Assembly: GCA_965261085.1 (NCBI GenBank)
Contig: OZ253442.1
Span: 4,192,001 to 4,256,000, forward strand
Origin: a bacterium
GTDB lineage: Bacteria > UBA8248
Length of the DNA: 64,000 nucleotides
Reading direction: 5' to 3'
A program made the translations under genes and the position numbers. Positions 1 to 10,477 of this stretch are shown in pieces. The notes beneath the pieces are model-generated. The model did no database searches, had not been told where the DNA came from, and worked only from the letters and a program-made list of their open reading frames with translations. Each line of letters opens with the position of its first letter. Positions within the stretch are counted from its first letter, which is position 1.

Positions 1-137
1 TCGACGCTCAAATCCCCCTCGAGCTGGCGAAGCGCCTGACTCGCTGCGGACTGGGTCACGCCGCTTTGGGCGGCTCCCTTGGAAAAACTTCTCTCCTGGA
101 TGATGCGGCAATAGAGCCGCAAGGTCTCGATGTTCAT
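1..137 (-). CDS. LysR-family transcriptional regulator (N-terminal HTH; runs off the window edge)
   Basis: Manual translation MNIETLRLYCRIIQERSFSKGAAQSGVTQSAASQALRQLE matches the LysR HTH pattern (SFSKxA...TQSAxS..LRQLE). Not in the ORF track. Divergent from gltB. Confidence 0.9.
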   Translation of the reverse strand, partial: MNIETLRLYCRIIQERSFSKGAAQSGVTQSAASQALRQLEGDLSV

Positions 138-344
138 GAGAAAAGGCTACAACATAATCTATTCTAATGCAATATATTAAAAATTTTAGTTTGTCTTATT
201 TTCATAGTCATGTTATAGTCTGGATTCTGTTGTATGGAAATCACCACACGATATCCATAAGACGCATTCAGAAGTTCCCTCGTACCATGGGAAGACGGGG
301 AACTTGCCGAGAGAGATACTCTGAGAGAGAAAGTTGGTGAAACA

Positions 345-3300
345 ATGAGAAAACCCTTACAAAAACAGGGTCTGTATGATCCTGCCTTCGAGCACGACGC
401 ATGCGGCGTGGCTTTCGTCGTGGACATCAAGGGGCGCAAATCCCACGACATCGTCCAGAAATCCCTCACCATTCTCCGCAACCTCGCCCACCGTGGCGCT
501 ACGGGGTCTGAAATCAACACGGGCGACGGGGCGGGAATTTTAATCCAGATACCCGACAAGTTCTTGCGCAAGGCTTGTGAGGCCGAAAAATTCAGGATTC
601 CGGCGGAAGGCCGCTACGGGGTGGGTTCGGTGTTTCTCCCCAAATCCTCGAGCCGGGCGAATGAGTGCGAACAAATCTTCGAGTCCATCGTGTACGAGGA
701 GGGAGCCGTCGTTCTCGGCTGGAGGCCGGTGCCGAACGATCTCTCCTCGGTCGGGCCCACGGCGCGCGAAACCGCGCCGCAATTTCGCCAGGTCTTCATC
801 GGCGGATTCGATGACTCCCTCGACGCCATGGGGATAGAACGTAGGCTCTACGTCATCAGAAAGCGCGTGGAGCACGCGATTCGCGAATCGGACATAAGGG
901 ACGAGTTCTTCATCCCCTCGCTCTCCGCGCGCACGATGGTCTACAAGGGAATGCTCACCGCAACACAACTCGAAGACGTATTTCCGGATCTGAGCGACCC
1001 GGACATGGAATCGGGACTGGCGCTCATCCACTCGCGCTTCTCCACCAATACGTTCCCCTCCTGGCCCCTGGCGCACCCGTACCGGTGCCTCGCCCACAAC
1101 GGGGAGATAAACACCCTGCGCGGCAACATCAACTGGATGCGCGCCCGGGAGGTGTTCTGCAAATCTCCGCATCTGCCCGATCTGGAGAAAATCCTGCCCA
1201 TCATCGTCGAGGGCGGAAGCGATTCCGCCATCTTCGACAACGTGCTGGAATTTCTCTACATGGCCGGCCGGGAATTGCCCCATGCCGTGTTGATGATGAT
1301 TCCCGAGCCCTGGGTGGGCCATGAGTCCATGAGCGCGGAGTTAAAGGCGTTTTACGGGTTCCACGCCAGCCTCATGGAGCCGTGGGACGGCCCCGCCTGC
1401 ATCACGTTCACCGATGGTTCGGTCATCGGCGCCGCGCTGGACAGAAACGGCTTGCGGCCCGCCAGATACTACGTCACGCACGACGACCTGCTCGTCATGG
1501 CGTCCGAGGTGGGCGTTCTCGACATCCCGCCCGAGAACGTAAAGCTCAAAGAACGCCTCCACCCGGGACGAATCCTTCTCGTGGACACCGAAGAAGGCCG
1601 CATCGTCGACGATGAGGAAATCAAGTCGCGCTATGCTTCGGAGCATCCATACAAGGAGTGGCTGGAGGCGCATCTACTGCACCTGAACAGGCTGCCGGAC
1701 GCTTCGGAACTTCCCGAACCCGACCACCAGACCATCCTCAAAAGACAAAAAGTCTTTGGATACACGCAGGAAGATCTGCGGTTTTTCATCGGCCCCATGG
1801 TGAACCTGAAAAACGATCCCACGGGTTCGATGGGCAACGACGCGGCGCTCGCCGTCCTCTCGAATCGGCCGCGCCTTTTGTACGATTATTTCAAGCAGTT
1901 GTTCGCCCAGGTGACGAACCCGCCCATCGACGCCATTCGCGAAGAAATCGTCACGCAGCTATCCTCCACCGTAGGCCCGCAGAAAAACCTGCTGGCCTCG
2001 GAACCGGACTCCTGCCAGCAAGTGAAGCTCGATTCCCCCATTCTCAGCAACGGGGATCTCCACAAACTCGCTCGCATCGATCAGCCGGGTCTGAGAGCGG
2101 TCACCCTGCCCATTCTCTTCTGGGCCGAAGATGGCCCCGAGGGCCTCAAGCAGGCGATGGAGGAGTTATGCAGAAAGGCCAGCCGCGCCATCAAGCAGGG
2201 CTATAGCTTCATCATCCTCTCGGATAGAGGGGTATCGAAAGAGTACGCCCCGATCCCCGCCCTTCTGGCCACCGCCGGCGTTCATCACCATCTCGTGCGG
2301 GAGGGAACCAGAACGCGCATCGGGCTTATCCTCGAAACGGGCGAAGCGCGCCAAGTGCATCACCTGTGCCTGTTGCTCGGCTTCGGGGCCGCGGCCATCA
2401 ACCCGTATCTCGTTTTTGAAACCATCGACGACATGATCAGAAACGGGCTTCTCAACGACATCGACCCCGACACGGCCAGGAAGAACTACATTGCCGCGCT
2501 CAACAAGGGCATCCTCAAGGTGATGTCCAAGATGGGCATCTCGACCATCCAGTCGTATCGCGGCGCGCAGATATTCGAGGCCATCGGCTTGAAGCGCGAT
2601 TTCGTCAAAAAATATTTCACCTGGACGGCCTCGCGCATCGGTGGGATCGGCATCGACGTCGTGGCCCAGGAAACCCTGAAGCGGCTCAAAAACGCCTTCC
2701 CCGAAAGGCCCGTCGGCTCTCAGGAACTCGAAGGCGGCGGAGACATCCAGTGGCGCAGGGACGGGGAATTCCACCTGTTCAACCCCGAGACCGTGTTCAA
2801 GCTGCAGCACGCCACGATGTCGGGGCGGTATGAGATTTTCAAGGAATACACCGGCAAGGTGGACAACCAGAACAAGCATCTGGCCACGCTGCGCGGTCTT
2901 CTGGATTTCAGGACGGCGGAAAACCCCATTCCTCTCGAGGAGGTGGAGCCCGCCGAGGAAATCATGAAGCGCTTCAGCACGGGCGGCATGTCCTACGGGG
3001 CCTTGAGCTCCGAGGCCCACGAAACGCTGGCCATCGCCTTAAACCGCATCGGCGGAAAATCCAACTCGGGCGAGGGCGGAGAGGACTCGAAGCGCTATAC
3101 GCCCGATGAGAACGGCGACTTCAGGCGAAGCGCCGTGCACCAGGTGGCGTCTGGACGCTTCGGGGTAACGAGCGAGTATCTGGTCAACTGCACCGACCTG
3201 CAGATAAAAATGGCGCAAGGCGCCAAACCCGGAGAAGGGGGCCAGCTCCCCGGCCACAAGGTCTATCCCTGGATAGCCAAGACGAGGCACTCCACGCCCG

Positions 3301-4895
3301 GGGTGGGGCTCATATCCCCGCCGCCGCACCACGACATCTATTCGATTGAAGATCTGGAGCAGTTGATATACGACCTCAAAAACTCGAATCCGCAAGCGGG
3401 TGTTCACGTGAAGCTCGTCTCCGAGGTGGGCGTCGGCACCGTGGCGGCGGGAGTCTCCAAGGCCCATGCCGATACCATTCTCATCTCGGGCCACGACGGC
3501 GGAACCGGCGCGTCTCCCATCACGAGCATCCTCCATGCGGGCACCCCCTGGGAACTGGGGCTTGCGGAAACCCAGCAGGTCCTCGTGCTCAACAGGCTGC
3601 GCGACCGGGTGGCCGTCCAGGTGGACGGGCAGATGAAGACCGGTCGCGACGTCATAGTGGGCGCCCTTCTGGGTGCGGATGAATACGGCTTTTCCACCGC
3701 GCCGCTCGTCGTCATGGGCTGCATCATGATGCGCGTGTGTCATCTCAACACCTGCCCCGTCGGCGTCGCCTCCCAGGACCCGAAACTTCGCGAGAAGTTC
3801 GACGGGAAGCCCGAGTTCGTGGAGAACTTCTTCCGCTTCGTCGCCGATGAAGTACGCGAATACATGGCCATGCTGGGCTTCCGCACGATGGGGGAGATGA
3901 TTGGGCGCGTGGACAGGCTCGACACCAAAAAGGCGGTGAACCACTGGAAGGCGAAGGGCCTTGATTTCTCGGCCATCCTCCATAAGCCGGACGCCGGACC
4001 CGACGCGGCGATTCACCAGATCACCAAGCAAGACCACGGACTCGAACACTCGCTCGACATGCGGGAGCTCCTGCCCAGGTGCAAGGATGCGATTGAAAAC
4101 AAAACGCCGGTAGCCTTCGAACTCCCCATCCGCAACACCCACAGGACGGTGGGCACCATCACGGGCTCGGAGATAACGCGCAAGTATGGCGGGGAGGGCC
4201 TGCCGGAGGACACCATCCGCATTCACTTCACCGGCTCCGCCGGGCAGAGCTTCGGCGCCTTCATCCCGAAGGGAATGAGCCTGACGCTCGAAGGCGACGC
4301 CAACGACTACATGGGCAAGGGTCTCTCGGGCGGAAAATTGATCGCCTATCCCCCGAAAGGGGCCGGCTTCGTGCCGGAGGAGAACATCATCATCGGTAAC
4401 GTGGCGCTCTTCGGGGCCACCTCGGGTGAGGCGTATTTCCGGGGCGTGGCCGGCGAGAGGTTCTGCGTGAGAAACAGCGGCGCGTATACGGTGGTGGAGG
4501 GCGCGGGAGACCACGGATGCGAATACATGACGGGCGGCCGCGTCGTCATCCTGGGAAAGACGGGCAGGAACTTCGCCGCAGGCATGTCGGGCGGCGTCGC
4601 CTACGTGCTCGATGAAGCGGGCGACTTCTCCAGGCGCTGCAACATGGAAATGGTGGACGTCGAGCCGCTGCAGGCGCCCGACGACGTCGAGGAAGTGAAA
4701 GACCTCATCAAGAAGCATATCGAATATACGGACAGCGCGCGGGCCAGGGATATCCTCGACGCCTGGGATGAGAACCAGCCCCGCTTCGCAAAGGTGATGC
4801 CCAGAGACTACAAGCGCGCGCTGGCGGCCATCGAAGAGGCGAAAGAAAAAGGCATACCGTGGGAAGAAGCCGTCATGGAGGGAGCCCATGGGTAA
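345..4895 (+). CDS. gltB: Glutamate synthase large subunit
   Basis: 1516 aa. Ntn Cys in [24 protein letters not shown]-domain [16 protein letters not shown], 3Fe-4S motif [13 protein letters not shown]. Confidence 0.99.
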   Translation: MRKPLQKQGLYDPAFEHDACGVAFVVDIKGRKSHDIVQKSLTILRNLAHRGATGSEINTGDGAGILIQIPDKFLRKACEAEKFRIPAEGRYGVGSVFLPKSSSRANECEQIFESIVYEEGAVVLGWRPVPNDLSSVGPTARETAPQFRQVFIGGFDDSLDAMGIERRLYVIRKRVEHAIRESDIRDEFFIPSLSARTMVYKGMLTATQLEDVFPDLSDPDMESGLALIHSRFSTNTFPSWPLAHPYRCLAHNGEINTLRGNINWMRAREVFCKSPHLPDLEKILPIIVEGGSDSAIFDNVLEFLYMAGRELPHAVLMMIPEPWVGHESMSAELKAFYGFHASLMEPWDGPACITFTDGSVIGAALDRNGLRPARYYVTHDDLLVMASEVGVLDIPPENVKLKERLHPGRILLVDTEEGRIVDDEEIKSRYASEHPYKEWLEAHLLHLNRLPDASELPEPDHQTILKRQKVFGYTQEDLRFFIGPMVNLKNDPTGSMGNDAALAVLSNRPRLLYDYFKQLFAQVTNPPIDAIREEIVTQLSSTVGPQKNLLASEPDSCQQVKLDSPILSNGDLHKLARIDQPGLRAVTLPILFWAEDGPEGLKQAMEELCRKASRAIKQGYSFIILSDRGVSKEYAPIPALLATAGVHHHLVREGTRTRIGLILETGEARQVHHLCLLLGFGAAAINPYLVFETIDDMIRNGLLNDIDPDTARKNYIAALNKGILKVMSKMGISTIQSYRGAQIFEAIGLKRDFVKKYFTWTASRIGGIGIDVVAQETLKRLKNAFPERPVGSQELEGGGDIQWRRDGEFHLFNPETVFKLQHATMSGRYEIFKEYTGKVDNQNKHLATLRGLLDFRTAENPIPLEEVEPAEEIMKRFSTGGMSYGALSSEAHETLAIALNRIGGKSNSGEGGEDSKRYTPDENGDFRRSAVHQVASGRFGVTSEYLVNCTDLQIKMAQGAKPGEGGQLPGHKVYPWIAKTRHSTPGVGLISPPPHHDIYSIEDLEQLIYDLKNSNPQAGVHVKLVSEVGVGTVAAGVSKAHADTILISGHDGGTGASPITSILHAGTPWELGLAETQQVLVLNRLRDRVAVQVDGQMKTGRDVIVGALLGADEYGFSTAPLVVMGCIMMRVCHLNTCPVGVASQDPKLREKFDGKPEFVENFFRFVADEVREYMAMLGFRTMGEMIGRVDRLDTKKAVNHWKAKGLDFSAILHKPDAGPDAAIHQITKQDHGLEHSLDMRELLPRCKDAIENKTPVAFELPIRNTHRTVGTITGSEITRKYGGEGLPEDTIRIHFTGSAGQSFGAFIPKGMSLTLEGDANDYMGKGLSGGKLIAYPPKGAGFVPEENIIIGNVALFGATSGEAYFRGVAGERFCVRNSGAYTVVEGAGDHGCEYMTGGRVVILGKTGRNFAAGMSGGVAYVLDEAGDFSRRCNMEMVDVEPLQAPDDVEEVKDLIKKHIEYTDSARARDILDAWDENQPRFAKVMPRDYKRALAAIEEAKEKGIPWEEAVMEGAHG

Positions 4896-6339
4896 GCCGA
4901 CGGGTTTTGTGGAATTCGGAAGAGAAGCGCCCAAAACGAGGCCCGTGGAAGAACGCGTCCACGACTGGGGCGTGGTCTATCTCCCCACGCCACACGAGAC
5001 ACTCCAGCGCCAGGGCGCGCGGTGCATGGACTGCGGCATTCCCTTCTGTCATCAGGGGTGCCCGCTGGGAAACCTGATTCCGGACTGGAACGATCTGGTC
5101 TACAAGGATTTGTGGAAAGACGCCATCGATCGGCTCCATGCGACGAACAATTTCCCCGAGTTCACCGGCTGGCTCTGCCCGGCTCCGTGCGAGGATTCCT
5201 GCGTTCTCACGATCAACGACTCTCCGGTGACGATCAAGGAGATCGAAAAATCCATCATCGAACACGCTTTCGAGCAGGGCTGGGTGAAGGCGACTCCACC
5301 CGCGGTCCGCACCGGGAAGAAAGTCGCCGTCGTGGGCTCGGGCCCTGCGGGTCTGGCCGCCGCCCAGCAACTCAACTGGGCGGGACACTATGTGACCGTG
5401 TTCGAGCGCGACGACAAGCTCGGCGGGCTCATGCGCTACGGAATACCGGATTTCAAGATGGACAAGACCTATATCGACCGGCGCACCCAGCAGATGGAAG
5501 AAGAGGGTGTGGCGTTCCACGTGAACGCGAACGTCGGCGTCGACCCCAAGATGTCAGAATTACAGGAAGAATTCGACGCCATCGTGCTGGCCGCAGGCGC
5601 CCTGCAGCACAGGGATTTACAGATTCCGGGCCGTGAGATGGAAGGCATCTACTTCGGCATGCAGTATCTCACCATGCAGAACCGAAGGCTCGCGGGCGAG
5701 GACATACAGGATGAGGAGTTTATTACCGCGAAGGACAAGCGCGTGGTCGTCATCGGAGGCGGCGACACGGGGGCGGACTGCGTGGGCACCGCGCACAGGC
5801 AAGGGGCCAAATCCGTCCGGCAGTTCCAGTACCACCCTCGTCCCCCGGATACGAGAGACCCGCTGAGCGACCCCTGGCCGAACTACGCGAACATTTTCCG
5901 CACCCCGCCGATCTATGAAGAAGGCGGTAAGCGCATCTTCCAGATCCAGACCCGCCGGTTTATGGGCGAAACCGGCCACGCCAAAAAAATCGACACCGTG
6001 CGGGTGGACGAAACCCAGGATGAGAACGGAAGGGTCGTATTCACCGAGATCCCGGGTACGGAAGAGGAAATCGACGCGGACCTCGTTCTCCTGGCGATCG
6101 GCTTTCAGGGACCCGACTGCCACCCGCTGATGGACGAGTTGGCGCTCGAGCGCACCGGGCACGGCGCGGTGAGCCGCGACGAGCGATGGATGACGAGCAC
6201 GCCCGGCGTCTTCGTGGCGGGCGACATGATGCGCGGCGCATCCCTGGTCGTCTGGGCGATTGCGGACGGACGCTCCTGCGCCCGCGCCGTGGATGAATAC
6301 CTGATGGGAGAATCCTACCTGCCTGCTCCGCTGGATTAG
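4888..6339 (+). CDS. gltD: Glutamate synthase small subunit
   Basis: [31 protein letters not shown]; overlaps the gltB stop. Confidence 0.98.
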   Translation: MGKPTGFVEFGREAPKTRPVEERVHDWGVVYLPTPHETLQRQGARCMDCGIPFCHQGCPLGNLIPDWNDLVYKDLWKDAIDRLHATNNFPEFTGWLCPAPCEDSCVLTINDSPVTIKEIEKSIIEHAFEQGWVKATPPAVRTGKKVAVVGSGPAGLAAAQQLNWAGHYVTVFERDDKLGGLMRYGIPDFKMDKTYIDRRTQQMEEEGVAFHVNANVGVDPKMSELQEEFDAIVLAAGALQHRDLQIPGREMEGIYFGMQYLTMQNRRLAGEDIQDEEFITAKDKRVVVIGGGDTGADCVGTAHRQGAKSVRQFQYHPRPPDTRDPLSDPWPNYANIFRTPPIYEEGGKRIFQIQTRRFMGETGHAKKIDTVRVDETQDENGRVVFTEIPGTEEEIDADLVLLAIGFQGPDCHPLMDELALERTGHGAVSRDERWMTSTPGVFVAGDMMRGASLVVWAIADGRSCARAVDEYLMGESYLPAPLD

Positions 6340-6434
6340 GGGCGCAGACTCTACCCACCCCGCCAAATCCCCTCTCGTAACTGCACCTCCAAGGCGCTCA
6401 AAGGGTTTGATTATTGAACGGACGGACAAAATAG

Positions 6435-6463
6435 TTGACACCGCCGGGATTCCCGTATATTGT
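6435..6463 (+). promoter_or_regulatory. Sigma70-type promoter
   Basis: TTGACA-17 bp-TATTGT upstream of the ATG at 6512. Confidence 0.6.
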
Positions 6464-6511
6464 TTGTGTAATGCGAATGCAATACGTATATTATGCGAAT
6501 GGAGTGTCATC

Positions 6512-6799
6512 ATGAGCCAAGAAATTCTCACCGCTATCGCCAAGCTGGACGAAAAAACAACCACCGCTATCGCCAAACTGGACGAAAAAACAACTACCGC
6601 TATCGCCAAACTGGATAAAAAAACAACCAAGGCCGTTTCAGAAATAAGAAACAAAATCGCCTCTTTCAGGGAAGAAACCAACCAGCGATTCGACAAACTT
6701 GAATCAGAGATGAGCGATGGTTTCGAAAAACTCGACGGCCGCATGGTGAGTTTGGAGGCGCAAGTAGAGGCCCTGAAAGAAAACAAGGAGTGGGAGTAA
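6512..6799 (+). CDS. Small coiled-coil protein with 11-aa repeats
   Basis: GGAG RBS before ATG 6512; (TAIAKLDEKTT)x3 followed by a heptad-like tail RFDKLESEMSDGFEKLDGRMVSLE. Confidence 0.7.
   Translation: MSQEILTAIAKLDEKTTTAIAKLDEKTTTAIAKLDKKTTKAVSEIRNKIASFREETNQRFDKLESEMSDGFEKLDGRMVSLEAQVEALKENKEWE
6530..6628 (+). repeat. 3 x 33-bp tandem repeat (coding)
   Basis: accgctatcgccaa(g/a)ctgga(c/t)(g/a)aaaaaacaac(c/t) at 6530, 6563 and 6596. Confidence 0.95.
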
Positions 6800-6971
6800 G
6801 TAAATGCACTGCGTAGTTATGGGCTTTAAGTACGCCATACGGCAGCCTTATTGACGTATCAAGACTGCCGTTGTAAAGCAAGTTGCAAAAATTAATATTG
6901 TAACTAGGCACCTTCGCCTGAGGTGAGTAGCCGCCCATGAAGAGTACCTATCACCATCTGGGGGAAAAACG

Positions 6972-7265
6972 ATGAACCTTTCGGCAGTTTTACTCAAACG
7001 AGACGTAATGAGCGAATGGACTGCTCAGTGTCTCGAATATGATATCGCCGCTCAAGGCAAGACAATTCAAGAAGCTATTAAAGCGTTATATACCCTCCTA
7101 TCAAGATATGTGAACGAGCGAGAGGGTGGATTGGAAGGCATCCCGCCAGCACCTGACTTTTATCGCAAAGATTTCCGCAAAGGTGCTCCAATGGAAATGC
7201 AGAAAATCACGTGGAGGAAGAAACCTAAAACCCCCCAATTTGAATTATTGGCAAGAGCAGTCTAA
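6972..7265 (+). CDS. HicB-like antitoxin domain protein (IS cargo)
   Basis: WTAQCLEYDIAAQGKTIQEAIKAL resembles the HicB N-terminal partial RNase H fold. Confidence 0.65.
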   Translation: MNLSAVLLKRDVMSEWTAQCLEYDIAAQGKTIQEAIKALYTLLSRYVNEREGGLEGIPPAPDFYRKDFRKGAPMEMQKITWRKKPKTPQFELLARAV

Positions 7266-7499
7266 GTGGCACCCCCATATCCTTTTGCTAAGATGCCGAC
7301 GCTGGAGGAATTTGTACGTCGCTCTTGCGAGGAATACGAATGCGAGTATTATGAAGATGATCGGCGTTTAGTTTCACCAAACTCGGATATTTTCATTCAG
7401 GATATGCCGAATAATCGAGTATTGACCCCTGATGTTTTGAGAAGCTACTGCAACCTTTTGGGCATACCAACGGGTGCATTTGGATTGCATCTAGGTTAA
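7266..7499 (+). CDS. Small HicA-like protein (IS cargo)
   Basis: Abuts the HicB-like gene. C-terminal LTPDVLRSYCNLLGI resembles the HicA helix. The canonical GSH motif is absent. Confidence 0.45.
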   Translation: MAPPYPFAKMPTLEEFVRRSCEEYECEYYEDDRRLVSPNSDIFIQDMPNNRVLTPDVLRSYCNLLGIPTGAFGLHLG

Positions 7500-7503
7500 T
7501 CCC

Positions 7504-9123
7504 TTACCCCATTCTCCGCACTCCGGGAAGCGTAGGTTGTGCAAGCCCTCTCCCCGCAACGCTGGGCGTATGAAATCGCTTTCCTTCAATAATCTCATCA
7601 ATAGTCAAAATCTGCATCCGGGCATAATCGATCCCGTTTATCACTAAATCACCAGCCCCGCCCATGAACTGGCGAAAATTCCGCTCTTTCACTTCGCCTA
7701 GCGGCTCCATTATTATCAATCCGGCCATGAGCGCGGCATCGTTGTCTAATACGCCTTTTAGGGCGCGTAGGGCAGTAATGTTGACGTTCTTTCCACCCTT
7801 CACCTCGATTGCCATGCTTTGAAGATCGCGTTCATCCGGGATGGAAAAGTAGAGCCTCCCGTCAATTCCGCCATCCGCCGTTCGTTTGGTGGTCACAAAG
7901 CCGTCCACTTCCTCGACGGCCCACTTCTGAAAGTGGTATTTATCACGCTCCCAAAGGTCTTTTGCGCCTTCTATGTTTCTGGGAACGCCGTCAATCACAA
8001 AATCCTGCCCATCAATTAAACCAAGACGCTCTTGCAATCTTACCCTGGCAACGCGCTTGATAGCATGAATGGCAATGTCGATTCCGATCCATTTGCGACC
8101 AAGACTTTGCGCTGCCTCCATCGTAGTGGCGCATCCACAGAATGGGTCGAGAACCACGTCGCCTTCGTTCGATGACGACCTGATAATTCGCTCAAGAAGC
8201 GCAAGGGGTTTTTGGGTAGCGTAGCCTAGTCGCTCCTTTGCGCGCGAATTTATCGGGGGAATGTCAGTCCACACATCATTAAGGGATAAGCCTTTCATCT
8301 CATCCAAATAGCGCTTGATACGAATCCCGCCTTTGGAAGTGAAATACAAGCGATTATCAGCATCTAGCTCTTGCATTTTATCAAGCGAAACCCGCCACAG
8401 AGATTTTTTACCTTTGTATTCATACTCGTATCCGCCACCGCTCAGGCCCTTGGCTGTCAAATTATCATCCATCCATCGTCGGCCGTCAGGGTCTTTGTGC
8501 TTATATCTTCGGTTTATATAGGATTTTTCATATTGAAGATGCTGTTGATTATGGGTGAATTTATCTGTTTTCGTGTAATGCAGGATTGTATCGTGAACCG
8601 AACCAAGAGTCTTAGAATCACTATGCCCTGACGTTCTTTTCCAGATTATTTCACTTCTAAAATTGGTATGCCCGAATATGCCGTCCATCATCACCTTGAT
8701 GTAATGGCTGGCGGTGGGGTCGCAATGAAGGTAGACGCTCCCGGTAGGCTTTAGGATGGACTTCATTTGAAGCAACCGCTCTACCATGTAGGAGAGATAT
8801 GCGAGAAGGCGCGGTTGCGTGTTTCGCAGGGCATTCATCCACAATTTCCAAAACTCCGCCACCTCATCTTCAATGCCAGCCTCTCGCATCAAAACCGGCA
8901 TGGTTCGGATGGCCCGCTCACGTTCCTCATCCAGCGTCCACAAATCACAAAACGCTTCAATCTGGTCTGGCAATGGCCGCCCGGTTTCATCCTCATAAAT
9001 GGCGTTATATTCGCGATTCGAGTTGAACGGCGGGTCGAGATAAATCAGGTCTACGCCACCAGAGCGCATCCCTTGCATAATGGTGAGGCAATCGCCGTAA
9101 TAGAGTTGGTTCGGGCCGTTCAT
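7504..9123 (-). CDS. Beta-class amino-DNA methyltransferase with C-terminal PD-(D/E)xK nuclease-like domain
   Basis: LYYGDCL; motif IV DLIYLDPPF precedes motif I VLDPFCGCATT; YATQKPLALLERII; C-terminal DGGIDG...IEVKGG. Start at 9123 overlaps the transposase stop (ATGA). Confidence 0.9.
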   Translation of the reverse strand: MNGPNQLYYGDCLTIMQGMRSGGVDLIYLDPPFNSNREYNAIYEDETGRPLPDQIEAFCDLWTLDEERERAIRTMPVLMREAGIEDEVAEFWKLWMNALRNTQPRLLAYLSYMVERLLQMKSILKPTGSVYLHCDPTASHYIKVMMDGIFGHTNFRSEIIWKRTSGHSDSKTLGSVHDTILHYTKTDKFTHNQQHLQYEKSYINRRYKHKDPDGRRWMDDNLTAKGLSGGGYEYEYKGKKSLWRVSLDKMQELDADNRLYFTSKGGIRIKRYLDEMKGLSLNDVWTDIPPINSRAKERLGYATQKPLALLERIIRSSSNEGDVVLDPFCGCATTMEAAQSLGRKWIGIDIAIHAIKRVARVRLQERLGLIDGQDFVIDGVPRNIEGAKDLWERDKYHFQKWAVEEVDGFVTTKRTADGGIDGRLYFSIPDERDLQSMAIEVKGGKNVNITALRALKGVLDNDAALMAGLIIMEPLGEVKERNFRQFMGGAGDLVINGIDYARMQILTIDEIIEGKRFHTPSVAGRGLAQPTLPGVRRMG

Positions 9124-10001
9124 ACCAAGGCTGCCCGCTTGATGAATGCCGAGAACAAGTCGGGTTGCTTCCGTGTGTTGTACTTGAAGCAAGCCTCCTG
9201 AATGTAGGCGTCCGCATGCTTGAGAGTGTATTTGTGATGGGAGCCGTACCATGCCCGTTTTAGGATGCTCCAGAAGCCCTCAATCGTGTTCGTATGCTTA
9301 TAGCCTTCCGCATACTGGACTTTATGATTGATGACCGCGTGGGGCATCAGTTTTTCGAGGCGGCGATAGGCGGGATATTCGTCCGTGATAAGCAAAGAGC
9401 CTTTGGGGTCAACGGCCTTTTCAATGAAATTCAGAATCCCTTTACCGGATACGTTTTCTGCAACCTTTGCCACTACGGATGCACCGCGCTCCACCGCGCC
9501 GATGACGGGCATTTTATCCGTCCCGCGCCCGCGTTTATTGCCCTTTGGATCGTCATCATCACGTTTGTTGCGCTTGCGGGGCTTCCCGCCTATGTAGCAC
9601 TCATCCGCCTCAATGATACCCTGTAGCAGATCGCCTTCAAGCGTCATGGCCTTGCGGATTCTCATCGCCATATACCATGCCGTCTTGTGGTTGATCCCCA
9701 GGTCGCGCCCGAGTTGATGCGATGATACGCTTTTCTTGGCGTTTAAAAGAATCCCGATTGCCAGAAACCATACCTGCAGGTCGATTTTCGTTTTTTGAAA
9801 TATGGTCTTTGAGAGAACATTGAATGAGGATTTACAATCATGGCAATTCCACCGACCTATGCGATCTCCGTCCGCCTTCCCTGCGACCTGTATACCTGCG
9901 CAATTCGGGCAATACGGGTCATCGCCAAAGCGGACTTTCTCAAGATGCTCGATGCAGGATTCGTGGTCTGGGAAGCGTCTGAAAATCGTTACCAAATCCA
10001 T
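9120..10001 (-). CDS. IS1595-family (ISXO2-like) DDE transposase
   Basis: Zn ribbon CPNC...CHDC, EADECYIGG, ITDEYPAY, HTNTIEGFWSILKR. Confidence 0.96.
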   Translation of the reverse strand: MDLVTIFRRFPDHESCIEHLEKVRFGDDPYCPNCAGIQVAGKADGDRIGRWNCHDCKSSFNVLSKTIFQKTKIDLQVWFLAIGILLNAKKSVSSHQLGRDLGINHKTAWYMAMRIRKAMTLEGDLLQGIIEADECYIGGKPRKRNKRDDDDPKGNKRGRGTDKMPVIGAVERGASVVAKVAENVSGKGILNFIEKAVDPKGSLLITDEYPAYRRLEKLMPHAVINHKVQYAEGYKHTNTIEGFWSILKRAWYGSHHKYTLKHADAYIQEACFKYNTRKQPDLFSAFIKRAALV

Positions 10002-10032
10002 TTTGTATCCCCCTGTTTGATATGATACTTAC

Positions 10033-10061
10033 AATATAGTGCATGGGGGATGATTTGTCAA
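10033..10061 (-). promoter_or_regulatory. Inward promoter at the IS end driving the transposase-MTase genes
   Basis: Minus strand TTGACA-17 bp-TATATT; the -35 box overlaps the inner end of the right inverted repeat. Confidence 0.7.
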
Positions 10062-10317
10062 GCCCATAACTACGCAGTGCGTAAGTAAATATCCTCCAAA
10101 ACGACGTCAGAGAACCGTAAAAAAGATATGAAGCCCATATCGCATAGCAGGGGAATCAAGGCCCTATTCGATATTTTGCTCGGGCGGCGTGTATCGCAAA
10201 GAGAACAAAGACGAGAAGAAATCTAACAAGCGATTACACACCTCAGAGAAACACATAAGGAAATCATGTCCAGGAAATAATGCACCCACCATGACGCGAA
10301 CCCGGATATTCCCAATC

Positions 10318-10347
10318 GAGGGGAGGCGAAAACCTCCTCTCTTTTTT
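10318..10347 (+). terminator. Intrinsic terminator-like hairpin
   Basis: gaggggagg-cgaaaa-cctcctctc followed by T6. Confidence 0.5.
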
Positions 10348-10477
10348 GTCGCTTCCGATGATTCGACAATCTAGCCAGATAATTACTGGAGGAACGAACC
10401 CGGCAAAACGCACCTTTGCCGGGCTTGTTGCTTAATCGCCTTGCTGCTACGGAACCGCCTGTAAAAACCGAAACTCC

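Larger units (their letters stand above)
6806..10080 (-). mobile_element. IS1595-family element with passenger genes
   Basis: Perfect 21-bp terminal inverted repeats gcactgcgtagttatgggctt (6806-6826 and 10060-10080). Flanking direct repeat gtaagtaaat (6796-6805 and 10081-10090). Internal ISXO2-like transposase. Confidence 0.95.

Noticed and set aside
3039-4934. 631-aa minus-strand ORF and similar long antisense ORFs over gltD, fumC, acnA and folD
   Set aside because: Antisense shadows of high-GC coding genes with no recognisable motifs.
6470-6500. dif-like sequence cgaatgcaata-cgtata-ttatgcgaatg
   Set aside because: Both arms match XerC/XerD sites poorly; more likely promoter or operator sequence.
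6530-6628. Possible CRISPR array
   Set aside because: The repeats are contiguous, have no spacers and are in-frame coding; no cas genes are present.
9124-9252. N-terminal extension of the methyltransferase in the ORF track
   Set aside because: It overlaps the transposase; MTase motifs begin at ATG 9123.
10220-10300. attC-like start tctaacaagcgattacac
   Set aside because: No complementary GTTRRRY half-site was seen, and there is no integron integrase.
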